Origin: Flaccisagitta enflata
Lineage: Eukaryota
Length of the DNA: 64,000 bases
NCBI GenBank assembly: GCA_965153355.1
Contig: OZ231126.1
Span: forward strand, 1,426,001-1,490,000
Reading direction: 5' to 3'
The notes under the pieces are model-generated. The model ran no database searches, was not told where the DNA came from, and saw nothing but the letters and a program-made list of their open reading frames with translations. The first letter of the stretch is position 1; every line of letters begins with the position of its first letter. A program made the position numbers and the translations under genes. Shown here in pieces: positions 26,250 to 40,175 of the stretch.

Positions 26250-29200
26250 TACACTGTGGCAGTTATCAAGCAACGATCATGCATATTTCACCCAGGCCAC
26301 CTCAAACACCTAAAACCACCCAAATCAGCTACACAGTGGTAGTTATCAAGCAACGATCAAGCATATTTCACCCAGGCCACCTCAAACACCTAAAACCACC
26401 CAAATCAGCTACACAGTGGTAGTTATCAAGCAACGAGCGTGCCCCTGTTCACCCAGGCCACCTCAAACACCTAAAACCACCCAAATCAGCTACACAGTGG
26501 TAGTTATCAAGCAACGATCAAGCATATTTCACCCAGGCCACCTCAAACACCTAAAACCACCCAAATCAGCTACACAGTGGTAGTTATCAAGCAACGATCA
26601 AGCATATTTCACCCAGGCCACCTCAAACACCTAAAACCACCCAAATCAGCTACACAGTGGTAGTTATCAAGCAACGATCAAGCATATTTCACCCAGGCCA
26701 CCTCAAACACCTAAAACCACCCAAATCAGCTACACAGTGGTAGTTATCACAAACGATCAAGCATATTTCACCTAGCCACCCAACACCTAAAACCACCCAA
26801 ACTGAATACACAGTGGTAGTTACTGCCAAACGATCACATATTTCACCTGTGCACCAACACCTAAAACCACCCAAATCAGCTACAGTGGCATACTACAACG
26901 ACTGCCATATTTCTCACCCAGGCCACCTCAAACACCCAAACCACCCAAATCAGCTACACAGTGGTAGTTATCACACAACGATCAAACATATTTCACCCAG
27001 GCCACCTCAAACACCTAAAACCACCCAAATTGGGGCTACACAGTGGTAGCTGGTCACAACGATCAGTTTATTTTCACCCAGGCCACCAAACACCAAAAAC
27101 TACCCAACAAAGCCTTACACAGTAGAAGGCACAAAGAATGATCACATATTTCACCCAGGCTACCTCAGCACCTAAAAACCACCCAAATCAGCTACACAGT
27201 GGTAGTTACTTACAACGATCATAGTAGTTTCCTCACCTAGGCCACCTTTAAATAATCTAAACTACTCCAACTAGCTACAGTGGGTAGAAGCATTACAACG
27301 ACTGGGCTATTTCACTCATATGACTCAACACTTAAACCACCTGTAAATCAGCCAAGGCAGTGTAGCATTGCAACGACTGCCTATGAGCCCACTCAGCCAC
27401 CCTCAAACACCTAAAACCACCCAAATCAGCTACACAGTGGAAGTAATCAAGCACCGATCATACATATTTCACCCAGGCCACCTCAAACACCTAAACCACC
27501 CAAATCAGCCAAAGCACAGTGCAGTTATCAAACAACGATCAAGCATATTTCACCCAGGCCACCTCAAACACCTCTAAATTACACGAAACTATTACACAGA
27601 GGTCGTTATCAAGCAATTACAAAGAATATTTCACCCAAAGCACCTTAAACACCTAAAACTACCTAAATCAGCTACACAGTGGTAGTCATCAAACCATGAC
27701 TAAGCATATTTCACTGTGACCACCTCAAATAATTTGAACCACCCAAATCAGCCACACAGTGGCAGTTATTTGGCAACGATCATACATATTTCACCCAGGC
27801 CACCTCAAACACCTAAACCAACGAAATCGGCCATAATAGTGTAGAAGTATATTAAGAATGATTGCCATTTACCCAGGCCACCTTCAGTCTAAAACCACCC
27901 AAAATCAGCTACACAGTGGTAGTAAGTATTATAACGATTACATATTTCACCTAGGCCACTCTCAACAATTTAAAACCACCCAAATCAGCTACACAGTGGT
28001 AGTTAATACACTGATCAAACATATTTCACCCAGGCCACCTCAAACACCTAAAACCACCAACACAATACAGTAGAAGACACACCGATTAAAGCATTACCTA
28101 GGCCACCTCAAACACCTAAAACCACCCAAATCAGCTAACACAGTAGAAGACAAGGCACTATCAGATTATTTCACCCAGGCCACCTCAAACACCTAAACCC
28201 ACCCAAATCAGCTACACAGGTAGCATTTGCCAATCGATCACATATTTCACCCAGGCCACTCAAATACCTAAAACCACCCAAATCAGCTACACAGTGTAGT
28301 TATCAAGCAACGATCGTCATATTCTCAACTAGGGCCACCTCAACCACCTAAAACCACCTAAATCAGCTACACAGTGGCAGAAGTACGTTAACGATCATAC
28401 ATTTTCACTCAGGCCACCTCAAACACTAAACTACCTAAACATACACAGTGGTAGTTATCACAACCATCAGAAGAGCCAATTTGCACACCTCAAACACCTA
28501 AACCACCCAAATCAGCTACACAGTAATATATTGGCAACGACGCATATTTCACCCAGGCTACCCTCTAAACACTCTAAACACCCAAATCAGCTACACAGTG
28601 TAGTTATCAAGCAAACGATCACATGACACCCAGGCCACTCAAACACCTAAAACCACCCAAATCAGCTACACAAGGGTGAAGATTGCCAATGATCAAGAGC
28701 CACCCAGGCCACCTCAAACACCTAAAACCACCCAAACCACGCACAGTGGTAAGTATCACAACGATCACATATTTCACTCAGGCTACCTCAAAGACCTAAA
28801 ACCACCTAAATCAGCCACACAGTGGTAGTTATCAAGCAACGATCACATATTTTACCCAGGCCACCCCCAACACCTAAAACCACCCAAATCAGCTACACAG
28901 TGGTAGTTACCATGCCAAACGACTGCTATATTTCACCCAGCCACTCCTCAAACACCTAAAAACCACCCAAATCAGCTACACAGTAGTTATCAAGCAACGA
29001 TCAAGCATTTCAACTAGGCCACCTCAAACACCTAAAACCACCCAAAACAGCTACACAGTGGTAGTTATCAAGCAACGTATCAAGCAATATTTCACCCAGG
29101 CCACTCAACACCTAAACCACCCAAATCAGCTACACAGTGGTAGTTATCAAGCAACGATCAAGTATATTTCACTCAGGCCACCAAGACCACCTAAAACCAC

Positions 29201-32200
29201 CCAAATCAGCTACACAGTGGTAGTTATCAAGCAACGATCAAGCACATATTACCCAGGCTACCTCATAAAGACTTAAAACACCAATTAATACATACATAGT
29301 GGTAAGTATTACAAAATGTATTTGCGATATTTCACCCAGGCCACCTCAAACCACCTAAAACCACCCAAATCAGCTACACAGTGGTAGTTATCAAGCAACG
29401 ATCAAGCATATTTCACCTAGGCCACTCAAACACCTAAAACCACCAAACATTGCTGCCACAGTGGTAGTTATCACAACGACTAAGTACTGATTTAACTAGG
29501 CCACCTCAAAACACCTAAAACCACCCAAATCAGCTACATGGGTAGTTATCACACGATCAAGCATATTTCACCCAGGCCACCTCGTAACTCGCAAATTGGT
29601 TCTTCTCTTGCAAATTACCATCAATCTGAGTCTTACAAATTGGTTACATTCCTCGCTTTCTCTCTCTGATCAATCGTCCTTGCCAACATAGATAGCCATT
29701 CAACCACCTAAAACTATCCAAATCAGCTACACAGCGGTAGTTATCAAGCATCGACAAAGCATTTTTCACTCAACCACTTTAAACCACTCAAATCAGCTGC
29801 ACAGCAGTAGTTATCAAGCAACTACAAAGCATATTTTACCCAGGCCACCTCGACCAGCTAAGACCATTCAAATCAGCAACACAGCGGTATTCATCAAGCA
29901 ACGACAAAGCATATTTCACCCAGGCCACCTCAAACACCTAAAACCACCCAAATCAGCTACACAGTGGTAGTTATCAAGCAACGATCAAGCATATTTCACC
30001 CAGGCCACCTCAAACACCTAAAACCACCCAAATCAGCTACACAGTGGTAGTTATCAAGCAACGATCAAGCATATTTCACCCAGGCCACCTCAAACACCTA
30101 AAACCACCCAAATCAGCTACACAGTGGTAGTTATCAAGCAACGATCAACACATCACCCAGGCCACCCCAACACCTAAACCACCCAAATCAGCTACACAGT
30201 GGGTAGTTATCAAGCAAACGACTGCCATATTTCACCAGCCACCAAACACCTAGAAAACCACCCAAAATCAGCTTTCACACAGTGTAGTTAACACAACGAC
30301 CAAGTAGCTGGCTTTCCACCTAGGCCACCTCAAACACCTAAAAAACCACCCAATCACACACAGTAGAGTATTGCTAAATTCACTGCTGCTGGCTTCACCC
30401 AGGCCACCCTCAAACACCTAAACCCACCAATCAGCTACACAGTGGTAGTTATCAAGCAACGATCAAGCATATTTCACCAGCGACTTAAACACGAAAACCA
30501 CCTAAATCAGCTACACAGTGGTAGCGCACAAGCAACTATCAAGCATATTTCACCCAGGCTACCTCAAACACCTAAAACCACCCAAATCAGCTACACAGTG
30601 GTAGTTATCAAGCAACGATCAAGCATATTTCACCCAGGCCACCTCGAACACCTAATCCCACCCAAATCAGCTACACAGTGGTAGTTATCAAGCAACGATC
30701 AAGCATATTTCACCCAGGCCATCTCAAACAATTAAAACCACCCAAATCAGCTACAGTGGTAGTTATCAAGCAACGATCATAGTTTCACCCAGGCCACTCA
30801 AACACCTAAACCACCCAAATCAGCTACACAGTGGTAGCTACACACACTGGTTATATTTCACCTGTGCCAGCCTCAAAACACCTAAAAACCACCCAACCAG
30901 CTGCCATTGTTTAGCACTGGCTAAATGGACAAGCATATTTCACCCAGGCCACCTCAAACACCTAAACCCACCCAAATCAGCTACACGTGGGTAGTTATCA
31001 CAACGATCACAGAGCCACCCAGGCCACCAAACACCTAAACCACCCAAACTAGCTACAGTGGGTAGGGGTTATCACAAACGATCACATTATTTACCCAGGC
31101 CACCTCAAAACACCCAACCACCAACTGGGGCTACAGTGGCAGTTACTCAGGCAACGATCAAGCATATTTCACCCAGGCCACCTCAAACACCTAAACCACC
31201 CAAATCACACACAGTGGTAGTTACTTTCACAACGATCAGCATATTTCACCCAGGCCACCTCAAACACCCAAAACCACCCAAATCTGAAGACAGTGGTAGT
31301 TATCAAGCAACGATCACATACTACCCAGGCCACCTCAAACACCTAAAACCACCCAAATCAGCTACACAGTGGTAAAGCACAAGCAACGATCATATATTTC
31401 ACCTAGGCCACCTTAAACACCTAAAACCACCCAAATCAGCTACACGTGGTAGTTATTGAGCAACGACGAATGCTATTTCACCCAGGCTACCTCCAAACAC
31501 CTAAAACCACCCAAATCAGCCACACAGTGGTAGTTACTGGCAACGATCAAGCATATCTTCACCCAGGCCACCTCAAACACCTAAAACCACCCAAATAAGC
31601 TACACTGCGGTAGTTATCAGTAAACAATCATGCATATTTCACCCAGGCCACCTCGACCACCTAAAACCACCCAAATCAGCTACACAGTGGTAGTTATCAA
31701 GCAACGATCAAACATATTTCACCCAGGCCACCTCAAACACCTAAAACCACCCAAATCAGCTACAGTAGAAGCATTCGACCAACGACTAAGCATATTTCAC
31801 CCAGGCCACCTCAAACACCTAAAACCACCCAAATTTAGTCACACAGTGGTAGTTATCAAGCAACGATCAAGCCATATTTACCCAGGCCACCTCAAACACC
31901 TAAAACCACCCAAATCAGCTACACAGCAGAAGGACAAGCAACCATCAAGCATATTTCACCTAGGTCACCTCAAACACCTAAAAACCACCCAAATCAGCCA
32001 CACAGTGGTAGTTATCTAGCAACGATCACATATTTCACCTTAGCCACCTCAAACACCTAAAACCACCCAAATCAGCTACACAGTGGTAGTTATCAAGCAA
32101 CGATCAAGCATATTTCACCCAGGCCACCTCAAACACCTAAAACCACCCAAATCAGCTACACAGTGGTAGTTATCAAGCAACGATCAAGCATATTTCACCC

Positions 32201-32846
32201 AGGCCACCTCAAACACCTAAACCACTCGAAATCAGCTATGCAGTTACTGCCAACGACCGCTATATTTCACCCAGGCCACCCTAAACACCAAACCACCCAA
32301 ATCAGCTACACAGTGGCAGTTATCAAGCAACGATCAAGCATATTTCACCCAGGCCACCCCAAACACCTAAAACCACCCAAATCAGCTACAATATGGTAGT
32401 TATCACAAATGATCACATATTTCACCCAAACACTCCCAAACACCTAAAACCACCCAAACTGGCTACACAGTGGTAAAGTTATCAAGTTAATCATCAAACA
32501 TATTTCACCCAGGCCACCTCAAACACCTAAAAACCACCCAAATCAGCCACACAGTGGTAGTTATCACAACGACTGCGATGAGCCACCTAGGCCACCTCAA
32601 ACACCTAAAACCACCCAAATCAGTCACACAGTAGTTATCAAGCAAGGACCAAGCATATTTCACCCAGGCCACCTCAAACACCTAAAACCACCCAAACTGG
32701 CTACACAGTGGTATATCACAACGATCAAGCATATTTCACCCAGGCCACCTCAAAACACCTAAAACTACTCCAACTAGCTTTCACACAGCAGAAGTAAGAT
32801 CAAGCAACCAATCACATATTTCACCCAGGCCACCTCAAACACCTAA
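26250..32846 (-). repeat. 80-bp satellite array 2 (~80 units), reverse orientation to array 1
   Basis: Consensus GTAGTTATCAAGCAACGATCAAGCATATTTCACCCAGGCCACCTCAAACACCTAAAACCACCCAAATCAGCTACACAGTG differs from the reverse complement of array 1 at 5 of 80 positions; many units are indel-ridden; non-satellite insert at 29584-29694. Confidence 0.97.
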
Positions 32847-33454
32847 GCCCATTTGCGCTTGTGTGTGGGCAGCTGGATGTTGTCCTGCAACCCACCCACC
32901 TCCAGATTTTAAAAAATGTATTTATTTCTTCCTTTGAATCTTTCATGATAGACTCTTAAAACAAAATGGGTCTTTTAACATAAGATTAGACTTGTGTTCT
33001 TGTGAAAAAAAAACAACTTATGATTATATTGACAATCTTTTAAGTAGGTTGTTTCGTTCTGATTTCTTTTACATGCTTTACCAAATAATGATGTCTTTTG
33101 GTTCCACATTTTATGCAATATGTAAACTACATTGATTATTCCGTTCTTAGTAGAGCAAGTGCCCTCAAGGTCACTATCGTCGACGGATGGGCAGGGGCAA
33201 CCAACCCCCATCCACACCCTAACTCCCCCCCCCGCCGCGGTTATGGGCGTTTTTGCGCTTTCAAACTTGATCATTACCAACGGAACTACGGACCAACGGA
33301 CCAACGGACGGATGGACAAAGCCTCCTTTAGAATCCCTAGAAGGCGACTAAAAAGAACGGATACAGGACCAATACCAGTTGGGGACATGAGGGACGATAA
33401 AGATAACAAGGAAGGGGCAGAATGATCTTTCCCTTTATATTTTTCTTTCCTACT

Positions 33455-33599
33455 TTTTAGTCGCGGACACGTGACTCTATAAGCCACTTTTTGGTCCGTC
33501 GGTTGGTCTGTCCGTCCTTCCATCACAGTCACTTATTGAGGTTTTCCGCTCCTGCGCACCCGTCCGCGACTAATGCTGCCGTGTATGTGGCCTTGTTTT
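33455..33599 (+). mobile_element. HINE-like family A, short complete copy
   Basis: TTTTAGTCGCGGACACGTGACT...CCGTCCGCGACT AATGCT GCCGTGTATGTGGC CTTGTTT. Confidence 0.8.
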
Positions 33600-34969
33600 C
33601 TCTCTCTCCTTCTCCCTTTCCTTCTTTCTCCTTTTCATTCATTCATCTTTCTTTCTTTTTTCTTTTCCTTCTTTTTTTGCTTTTTTTTCTTCTTTCTTTT
33701 TTTTCCTTTCATTTATTTAATGTATCTTTGTTTTTTTTTTTTTGCGTTCGTTTGTTCTTTTTCGCGTCAACCAGCGGGTACGCTCTTCTCGGACAGAGGC
33801 TTCGTGAACAAGGCCGGATACACGGCTTCTCTGAGTCGCGTATGGGTGGGCAAGGGCTGTATTTGAGGTTACATCATCATTTGGGCAGGAGCAGTGAGGC
33901 CGAAGAAAAAAAAACAAAAAAAAAGTGTGACAGACCAGCGGACCGACGAACCGACAGACTGATGAACCAACAAATTGGAAAGTAGAGTTGCTTAACACGC
34001 GACTAAAAAACAAAGAACTTTTAAAGGTAAAATCCACATATTTTGAGCTCCACAACTGGACGATCAAATCATATCCTAACTTGTTCATGTGAGTCTGTAC
34101 TCCCAATAGTGAGTGTGACGTCAAAATCTCAACTCTGATTCAATTGAGATATAGGATACGGGATTTACCCTGTTAGTAATTTTATTCTCTCGCGAAATTA
34201 GAAAGCAAGGAAAAATTCAAAGGCAAAATTTACGAGTTTTTCTACCTCGCCACCGCTCGCCATCGCCAGAATGAAAATTGAGCCCGTGAATGACAGAATA
34301 ATGATAATGGTTTTTTATGGGTGTTGCGTCGAACTGCGTCGAAATTGTGTAAAGACAAAAACTAAAAAAATGACCCTGCCTCGCCGTATGCCCATGGTCG
34401 ATCGCGACAACACACACAATGATGATTAAAAGGTATTTGAAACGTTTTAGCGTGCTAACATGATACAGGGAGGCCTCCTTGGGCAGTAACGCTTGATGTC
34501 AATTTTGGCTTTTTGGTGGCGCTCCGCCTCTCCTATGCATCCCCCATGTCTGAGATCATGTCTAGGGCTAAGTTACACATCCACGTACCCAACAAATAAG
34601 AAATCTCGAAATCATTAATGCTTGATCAACTACCACGGTGATGTGTAGGTGGCTGATACTGGCTGGGTGCATGTGTAGGTGGCTGACACTGGCTGGGTGC
34701 ATTTGTAGGTGGCTGACACTGGCTGGGTGCATGTGTAGGTGGCTGACACTGGCTGGGTGCATGTGTGCATGTGTAGGTGGCTGGGTGTGTTTTCTTTTTA
34801 TCTGTTTCTGTGTTTGTTACTCTGACTCTGGGCCTGTGAAAAGGAGTGAGTGAATGCTCAAGAGTCGAAAGGAAAGGACCATCAGTTTAGTGACGTAAAG
34901 GTTGACATTCCCTCTGATCGCTTGAATTTTTTGTAAATCATATTGACTGTCTTCTGTTGACCTGTCTGT

Positions 34970-35010
34970 CCGCCAGTCTATCTGTCTGTCTGTCTGTTTG
35001 TCTGTCTGTG

Positions 35011-35073
<63 letters not shown>

Positions 35074-35107
35074 TTGTCTGTCTGTCTATCTTTTTGTCTG
35101 TCTGTCT

Positions 35108-35175
<68 letters not shown>

Positions 35176-35512
35176 GCCTATCTGTATCTATCTGTTTGTC
35201 TGTCTGTCCGTCAGTCTGTCTGTCTTTCGTCCTGTTAGTTTGACTTTCTGTCTGTCTGTCTGTGCTGTGCTGTCTGTCTGTCTGTCTCTCTGCGCGATGG
35301 AGGCGGGGAGCCGCTTCGATTTATCAAAACATTGTCTGTCTTTCCGTTCGTTGCCAGCCAAGTTGACATCCGTTTTTAATTGTTCGAATTCATTAACAAT
35401 TTGTCTCCTTCCGTTTGCAGTCGTTGACAACCTGTCAAGAGACAATATGGAACCTTCAACATCATCATGGTTAGTTTTGTTTTTGTTCTTGTTGTTCAAC
35501 CCGTCATTGTCT

Positions 35513-35565
<53 letters not shown>

Positions 35566-35650
35566 GTCTTCGTCGTCTTCGTCGTCGTCGTCACTTTCGT
35601 CTTCGTCGTCGTCGTCGTCGTCGTCGTCTTCATCGTCGTCGTCATCATCG
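34970..35650 (+). repeat. (TCTG)n and (GTC)n microsatellites
   Basis: Direct inspection: ~34970-35290 and ~35510-35650. Confidence 0.95.
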
Positions 35651-36497
35651 TAATGACGTCTGCAACACATTCTAATTTGATTGTGATTTATTTATAAATC
35701 AGGCCTATGAGTTTTGTCGACAGTTGGCTTATTGCGATTTATTCGTGATTCACCATTTTTAGGTCGTATGCACGCCACTCTATGCGTATCAACGCGCTGC
35801 TGGGTCCGTCTGTCTGTCAGTCATATTCCGTGATTTTTTCATCATTCCCCCTGCTCAAACGACACAAGAAATGACCTATCATGCCGCCAACAGCTACGTT
35901 TGTCGCCACAGCGAAAAAGGCATGGGCTGCCGGTCAGTCGGTCCGTTTATAATGAACCACCAACTCTACTCTCTTTTTGTGAAATTTCATATCAAGCAAA
36001 ATCATATCGTAATACCCGCGTTGTCATTTCTCAATACCAGCGTTGTCACAACCTAATACTGATTTAATCGTTTGATTTGAAATCTCCCTGTTCGTTCAAC
36101 TAGGCTAGACCTAATAGTTGTGGTGCGCTGTATGAACGTCCACAACTTAGCTCACCTCATCTCACCTCAACTAATCTCAACTCACCTGAAATCACTTTAA
36201 CTTACCTCACCTCACCTCATAATAGCTCAACTCAGCTTAGCTCAACTTAGCTCAACTCAGCTCAGCATACCTCAACTCACCTCATAATAGCTCAACTCAG
36301 CTTAGCTCAACTAATCTCAACTCACCTGAAATCACTTTAACTTACCTCAGCTTACCTCAGCTCAACTCAGCTTAGCTCAACTTAGCTCAACTAAGCCAAG
36401 CACACCTCAACTCACCTTAACTCACCTTAGCTCACCTCATCATACCTCTAATTAACTTACCTCGACTCATCTCATCCAACCTCAACAATGAACTCAC

Positions 36498-36580
36498 CAA
36501 CTTTTGCTTCGTTTGGGTTCCAAATCAACTCTGGGTCGATGTGACGAATTTCAAATACTGGGGCGACATCTCGGAATGGC
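36498..36580 (-). CDS. C16orf89: C16orf89/UPF0764-like protein, exon 4
   Basis: ttatttcatag|G CCA TTC...AAA GTT G|gtgagt; (R)PFRDVAPVFEIRHIDPELIWNPNEAKV; phase 2 in, phase 1 out. Confidence 0.8.
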
Positions 36581-37257
36581 CTATGAAATAAGGAGTAAAT
36601 GAATGTTTGAATGAATGAATTATTAAGCTAATGAATGAATGAATGAGAGAACAAATGAATGAAGGAAACACTGAATGAATCAATAAATCAAGTAAGTGTT
36701 AAACTTTGAATGGAATGTCACCGGTATTCTCTGGAATTTTGAGGAAGTACAGTGTAACAACAGTGTAACAACAGTGTAACAACAGTGCAGTATAGAGACT
36801 CTAAGCTTTCGTGATTGATTCCTATAGAGTAGTCAGTGGAAGGGTCGATTTCGTGAAAAGAATGGTAATTGACTGCTTAATGTTTATAAACGGCGCTTAA
36901 TCCTACTTTCAAAGCATTTTATCAAGAGCAGCGTTCAAAGTAGAGCAGGGTGTTGCGTGTTGCGTGTTGCGCAAATAATAAGCTCTGCTGTATTTCTTCT
37001 TTGGACAGTCAAGACGGGACTGGATTTGAATGAGGTTTGATTCAAATTCAAAATGCGTAAAGAATTTATGCAAAAGGCTTTTGTCAACTTTTCCGATAGT
37101 CCGCCTCGAAAAAGGCCAAGCGTAAGAGGGGACGGGGGGCGGGGGGCGAGGGGGCGGGGGAGCGTGGGGGGGGGGGGGAGCGAGACACTGAATTTCAAGT
37201 AGACCACGCGAAGAGGCGTCACTGAATTACAATTAGACAAGCGATACAGCGCAGGAC

Positions 37258-37825
<568 letters not shown>

Positions 37826-37836
37826 AAAATCTTCAC

Positions 37837-37944
37837 CTGTTCATGACTGGAATGAAGAGTTTTGCGTAGTCAGGCGCAGATTCATAAAGAAAAGGAACGG
37901 CAGCAACAGCGATCTTGTTTGCGCGAGAGTAAAGTTTTTGAACT
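37837..37944 (-). CDS. C16orf89: C16orf89/UPF0764-like protein, exon 3
   Basis: ttgttttcag|A GTT CAA...ATG AAC AG|gtgaag; (R)VQKLYSRANKIAVAAVPFLYESAPDYAKLFIPVMN; 108 nt, phase 2-2. Confidence 0.82.
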
Positions 37945-38269
37945 CTGAAAACAAATAAACCAACATGAACACGTCAATGTTGTCTACGAAAGAAGAGAAA
38001 GACGTAGAATCAGGTGAATTCTAACTCATGCCACTTCATATGAATGACGAGCAAAGCCACAAGAATTCTATGCCACCATCCATGTTCTTATCCCTCCATC
38101 ATTCATCGTCAGTCCCGTACCTATTCTATTCCATTCTTATCCTGATTCATCCTATTGTATCCAAAAATCTTGCTGCTAAAGGAAATAAATCAAACTGAGA
38201 TTGAATGGAAATAATTCTTCCTCAATCATTCATCATTATTGTACTCCCTCACTCATTGATCCTCTATCA

Positions 38270-38850
38270 TTCGTCACCATTTTCCCCCATCAGAAATCGT
38301 CATTGATCCACCATCATTCGTCAGTATTTTCCCTCCATCATAAATCATCATTCGTCATCATTTTCCCTCCATCATAAATCATCATTCATCATCATTTTCC
38401 CTCCATCATAAATCATCATTCATAATCATTTTCCCTCCATCATAAATCGTCATTGATCCACCATCATTCGTCAGTATTTTCCCTCCATCATAAATCATCA
38501 TTCGTCATCATTTTCCCTCCATCATAAATCATCATTCATCATCATTTTCCCTCCATCATAAATCATCATTCATAATCATTTTCCCTCCATCATAAATCGT
38601 CATTGATCCACCATCATTCGTCAGTATTTTCCCTCCATCATAAATCATCATTCGTCATCATTTTCCCTCCATCATAAATCATCATTCATCATCATTTTCC
38701 CTCCATCATAAATCATCATTCATAATCATTTTCCCTCCATCATAAATCGTCATTGATCCACCATCATTCGTCATCATTTTCCCTCCATCAGAAATCATCA
38801 TTGATCCTCTATCATTCGTCATCATTTTCCCTCCATCATAATTCATCATT
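38270..38850 (+). repeat. Higher-order minisatellite: 150-bp unit built from ~34-48-bp TTTTCCCTCCATCATAAATC monomers
   Basis: AAATCGTCATTGATCCA recurs near 38294, 38444, 38594, 38744. Confidence 0.9.
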
Positions 38851-38886
38851 CATCATCCATTCGGTATTATTCAGTGCATACATTAC

Positions 38887-39015
38887 CTTTCTAAAACATG
38901 TTTAGATACTTTGACTTTTTTGCCTCCAGGATATTTTCCTTCTAAGAGATTGATAAGTTGACCTTCCAAAGCGCGGAGGCCGAATATTCCATCCAAATTC
39001 ATCACCTTGTATTCC
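38887..39015 (-). CDS. C16orf89: C16orf89/UPF0764-like protein, exon 2
   Basis: cacttttaag|G GAA TAC...TTA GAA AG|gtaatg; EYKVMNLDGIFGLRALEGQLINLLEGKYPGGKKVKVSKHVLE; NLDGxxGxRxLExQL matches the family's N-terminal motif as I recall it; phase 2-2. Confidence 0.88.
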
Positions 39016-39555
39016 CTTAAAAGTGAAAAGCGGAACTTGATTATTCAACAAGGCAGGATACACGGCTACCCCAGTCGCGTGCGGCTGGGCAGAGGCGGTG
39101 ATGGCAAAGGTCACTGTGGTTTTTGAGCAAGGGCTGTAAGGCAATCAAGGCTGTTTACGTGGCTACCCCAGTCGGGCAGCTGTCGGGGTTATGAGGATAA
39201 AAACTGCTCGAAAAGTAGATAAATGTAAAAGAGAAATGTAAAAGTAGTAAATGTATAACCCATAGACGAACCGACCGATGGAAAGACTTCCATCCTAGTT
39301 GTACGAGCGGAGTATTCTTTAAACAAAAAGCAAATTGTTAACATCGTTAACAAATAGATTGTTAACGTAGTTCTCTACTGTAAGTCAGTAACACTTGGCA
39401 AATTGTTAACAAAGTTGTCTACTGTCAGTCAGTAACACATGGCAAATTGTTAACATAGTTGTCCACTGTAAGTCAGTACCACATAGCAAACTGTAAGTCA
39501 GTAACAAAAAGCAAATTGTTGATTTCGTTGTCTACTGTAAGTCGGTAACACTTAC

Positions 39556-39860
39556 GCCGCGTAAAAGTCCACCATTTTCTCCAAAGCAGTGAGAATCGTG
39601 TCGGTGACGTCTTTTCCCAGATTGACGTCATTTTCCGTTTTGACGTCATTTTCCATTTTGACGTTATTTTCAATTTTGACGTCTATGAAGAATTGATTTT
39701 GATCGTTCGATTTGACGTCATTTTTGGCGAGTTCCATTTCGCGATGATTTCCGTTGTTAACGTGAACATGAACAGAATCGGCTGAAGACGTGTTTTGAGT
39801 TCTGAGAAACGCGACTGACAAGAAAAACCAGACCAGCCTCCACCGAAAGTTGATTTGCAT
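39556..39860 (-). CDS. C16orf89: C16orf89/UPF0764-like secreted protein, coding exon 1
   Basis: ATG at 39860; signal-peptide-like MQINFRWRLVWFFLSVAFL; ENDVKx repeats; ends DTILTALEKMVDFYA GC|gtaagt (consensus donor), phase 2. Confidence 0.85.
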
Positions 39861-39921
39861 AATAACCGTTTGGGAGAAGTTGACTGTTTTTAGTCTTTCA
39901 TGAAAGTTTTTGATTTGTTAT

Positions 39922-39923
39922 GG

Positions 39924-39993
<70 letters not shown>

Positions 39994-40006
39994 CGTTGTT
40001 ATTGTT

Positions 40007-40073
<67 letters not shown>

Positions 40074-40083
40074 TTGTTGTTGC

Positions 40084-40172
<89 letters not shown>

Positions 40173-40175
40173 TTT
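39922..40175 (+). repeat. (TTG)n microsatellite ~60 bp upstream of the C16orf89-like ATG
   Basis: Direct inspection. Confidence 0.98.

Noticed and set aside
26174..32399. ORFs such as VVIKQRSSIFHPGHLKHLKPPKSATQW
   Set aside because: Translations of the 80-bp satellite; the unit length is not a multiple of 3.
33770..33805. Peptide SGYALLGQRL resembling the family GYxLxHQ motif
   Set aside because: On the plus strand, opposite to the gene, and lacks the His; coincidence.
35290..35430. Minus-strand open stretch LSTTANGRRQIVNEFEQL... as exon 5
   Set aside because: Needs phase 2 whereas exon 4 ends in phase 1; the phase-1 reading hits a stop.
36935..37106. Alternative exon 4 (RTIGKVDKSLL...)
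   Set aside because: Weak GAG acceptor, no donor before the stop; 36580-36498 has canonical sites and better similarity.
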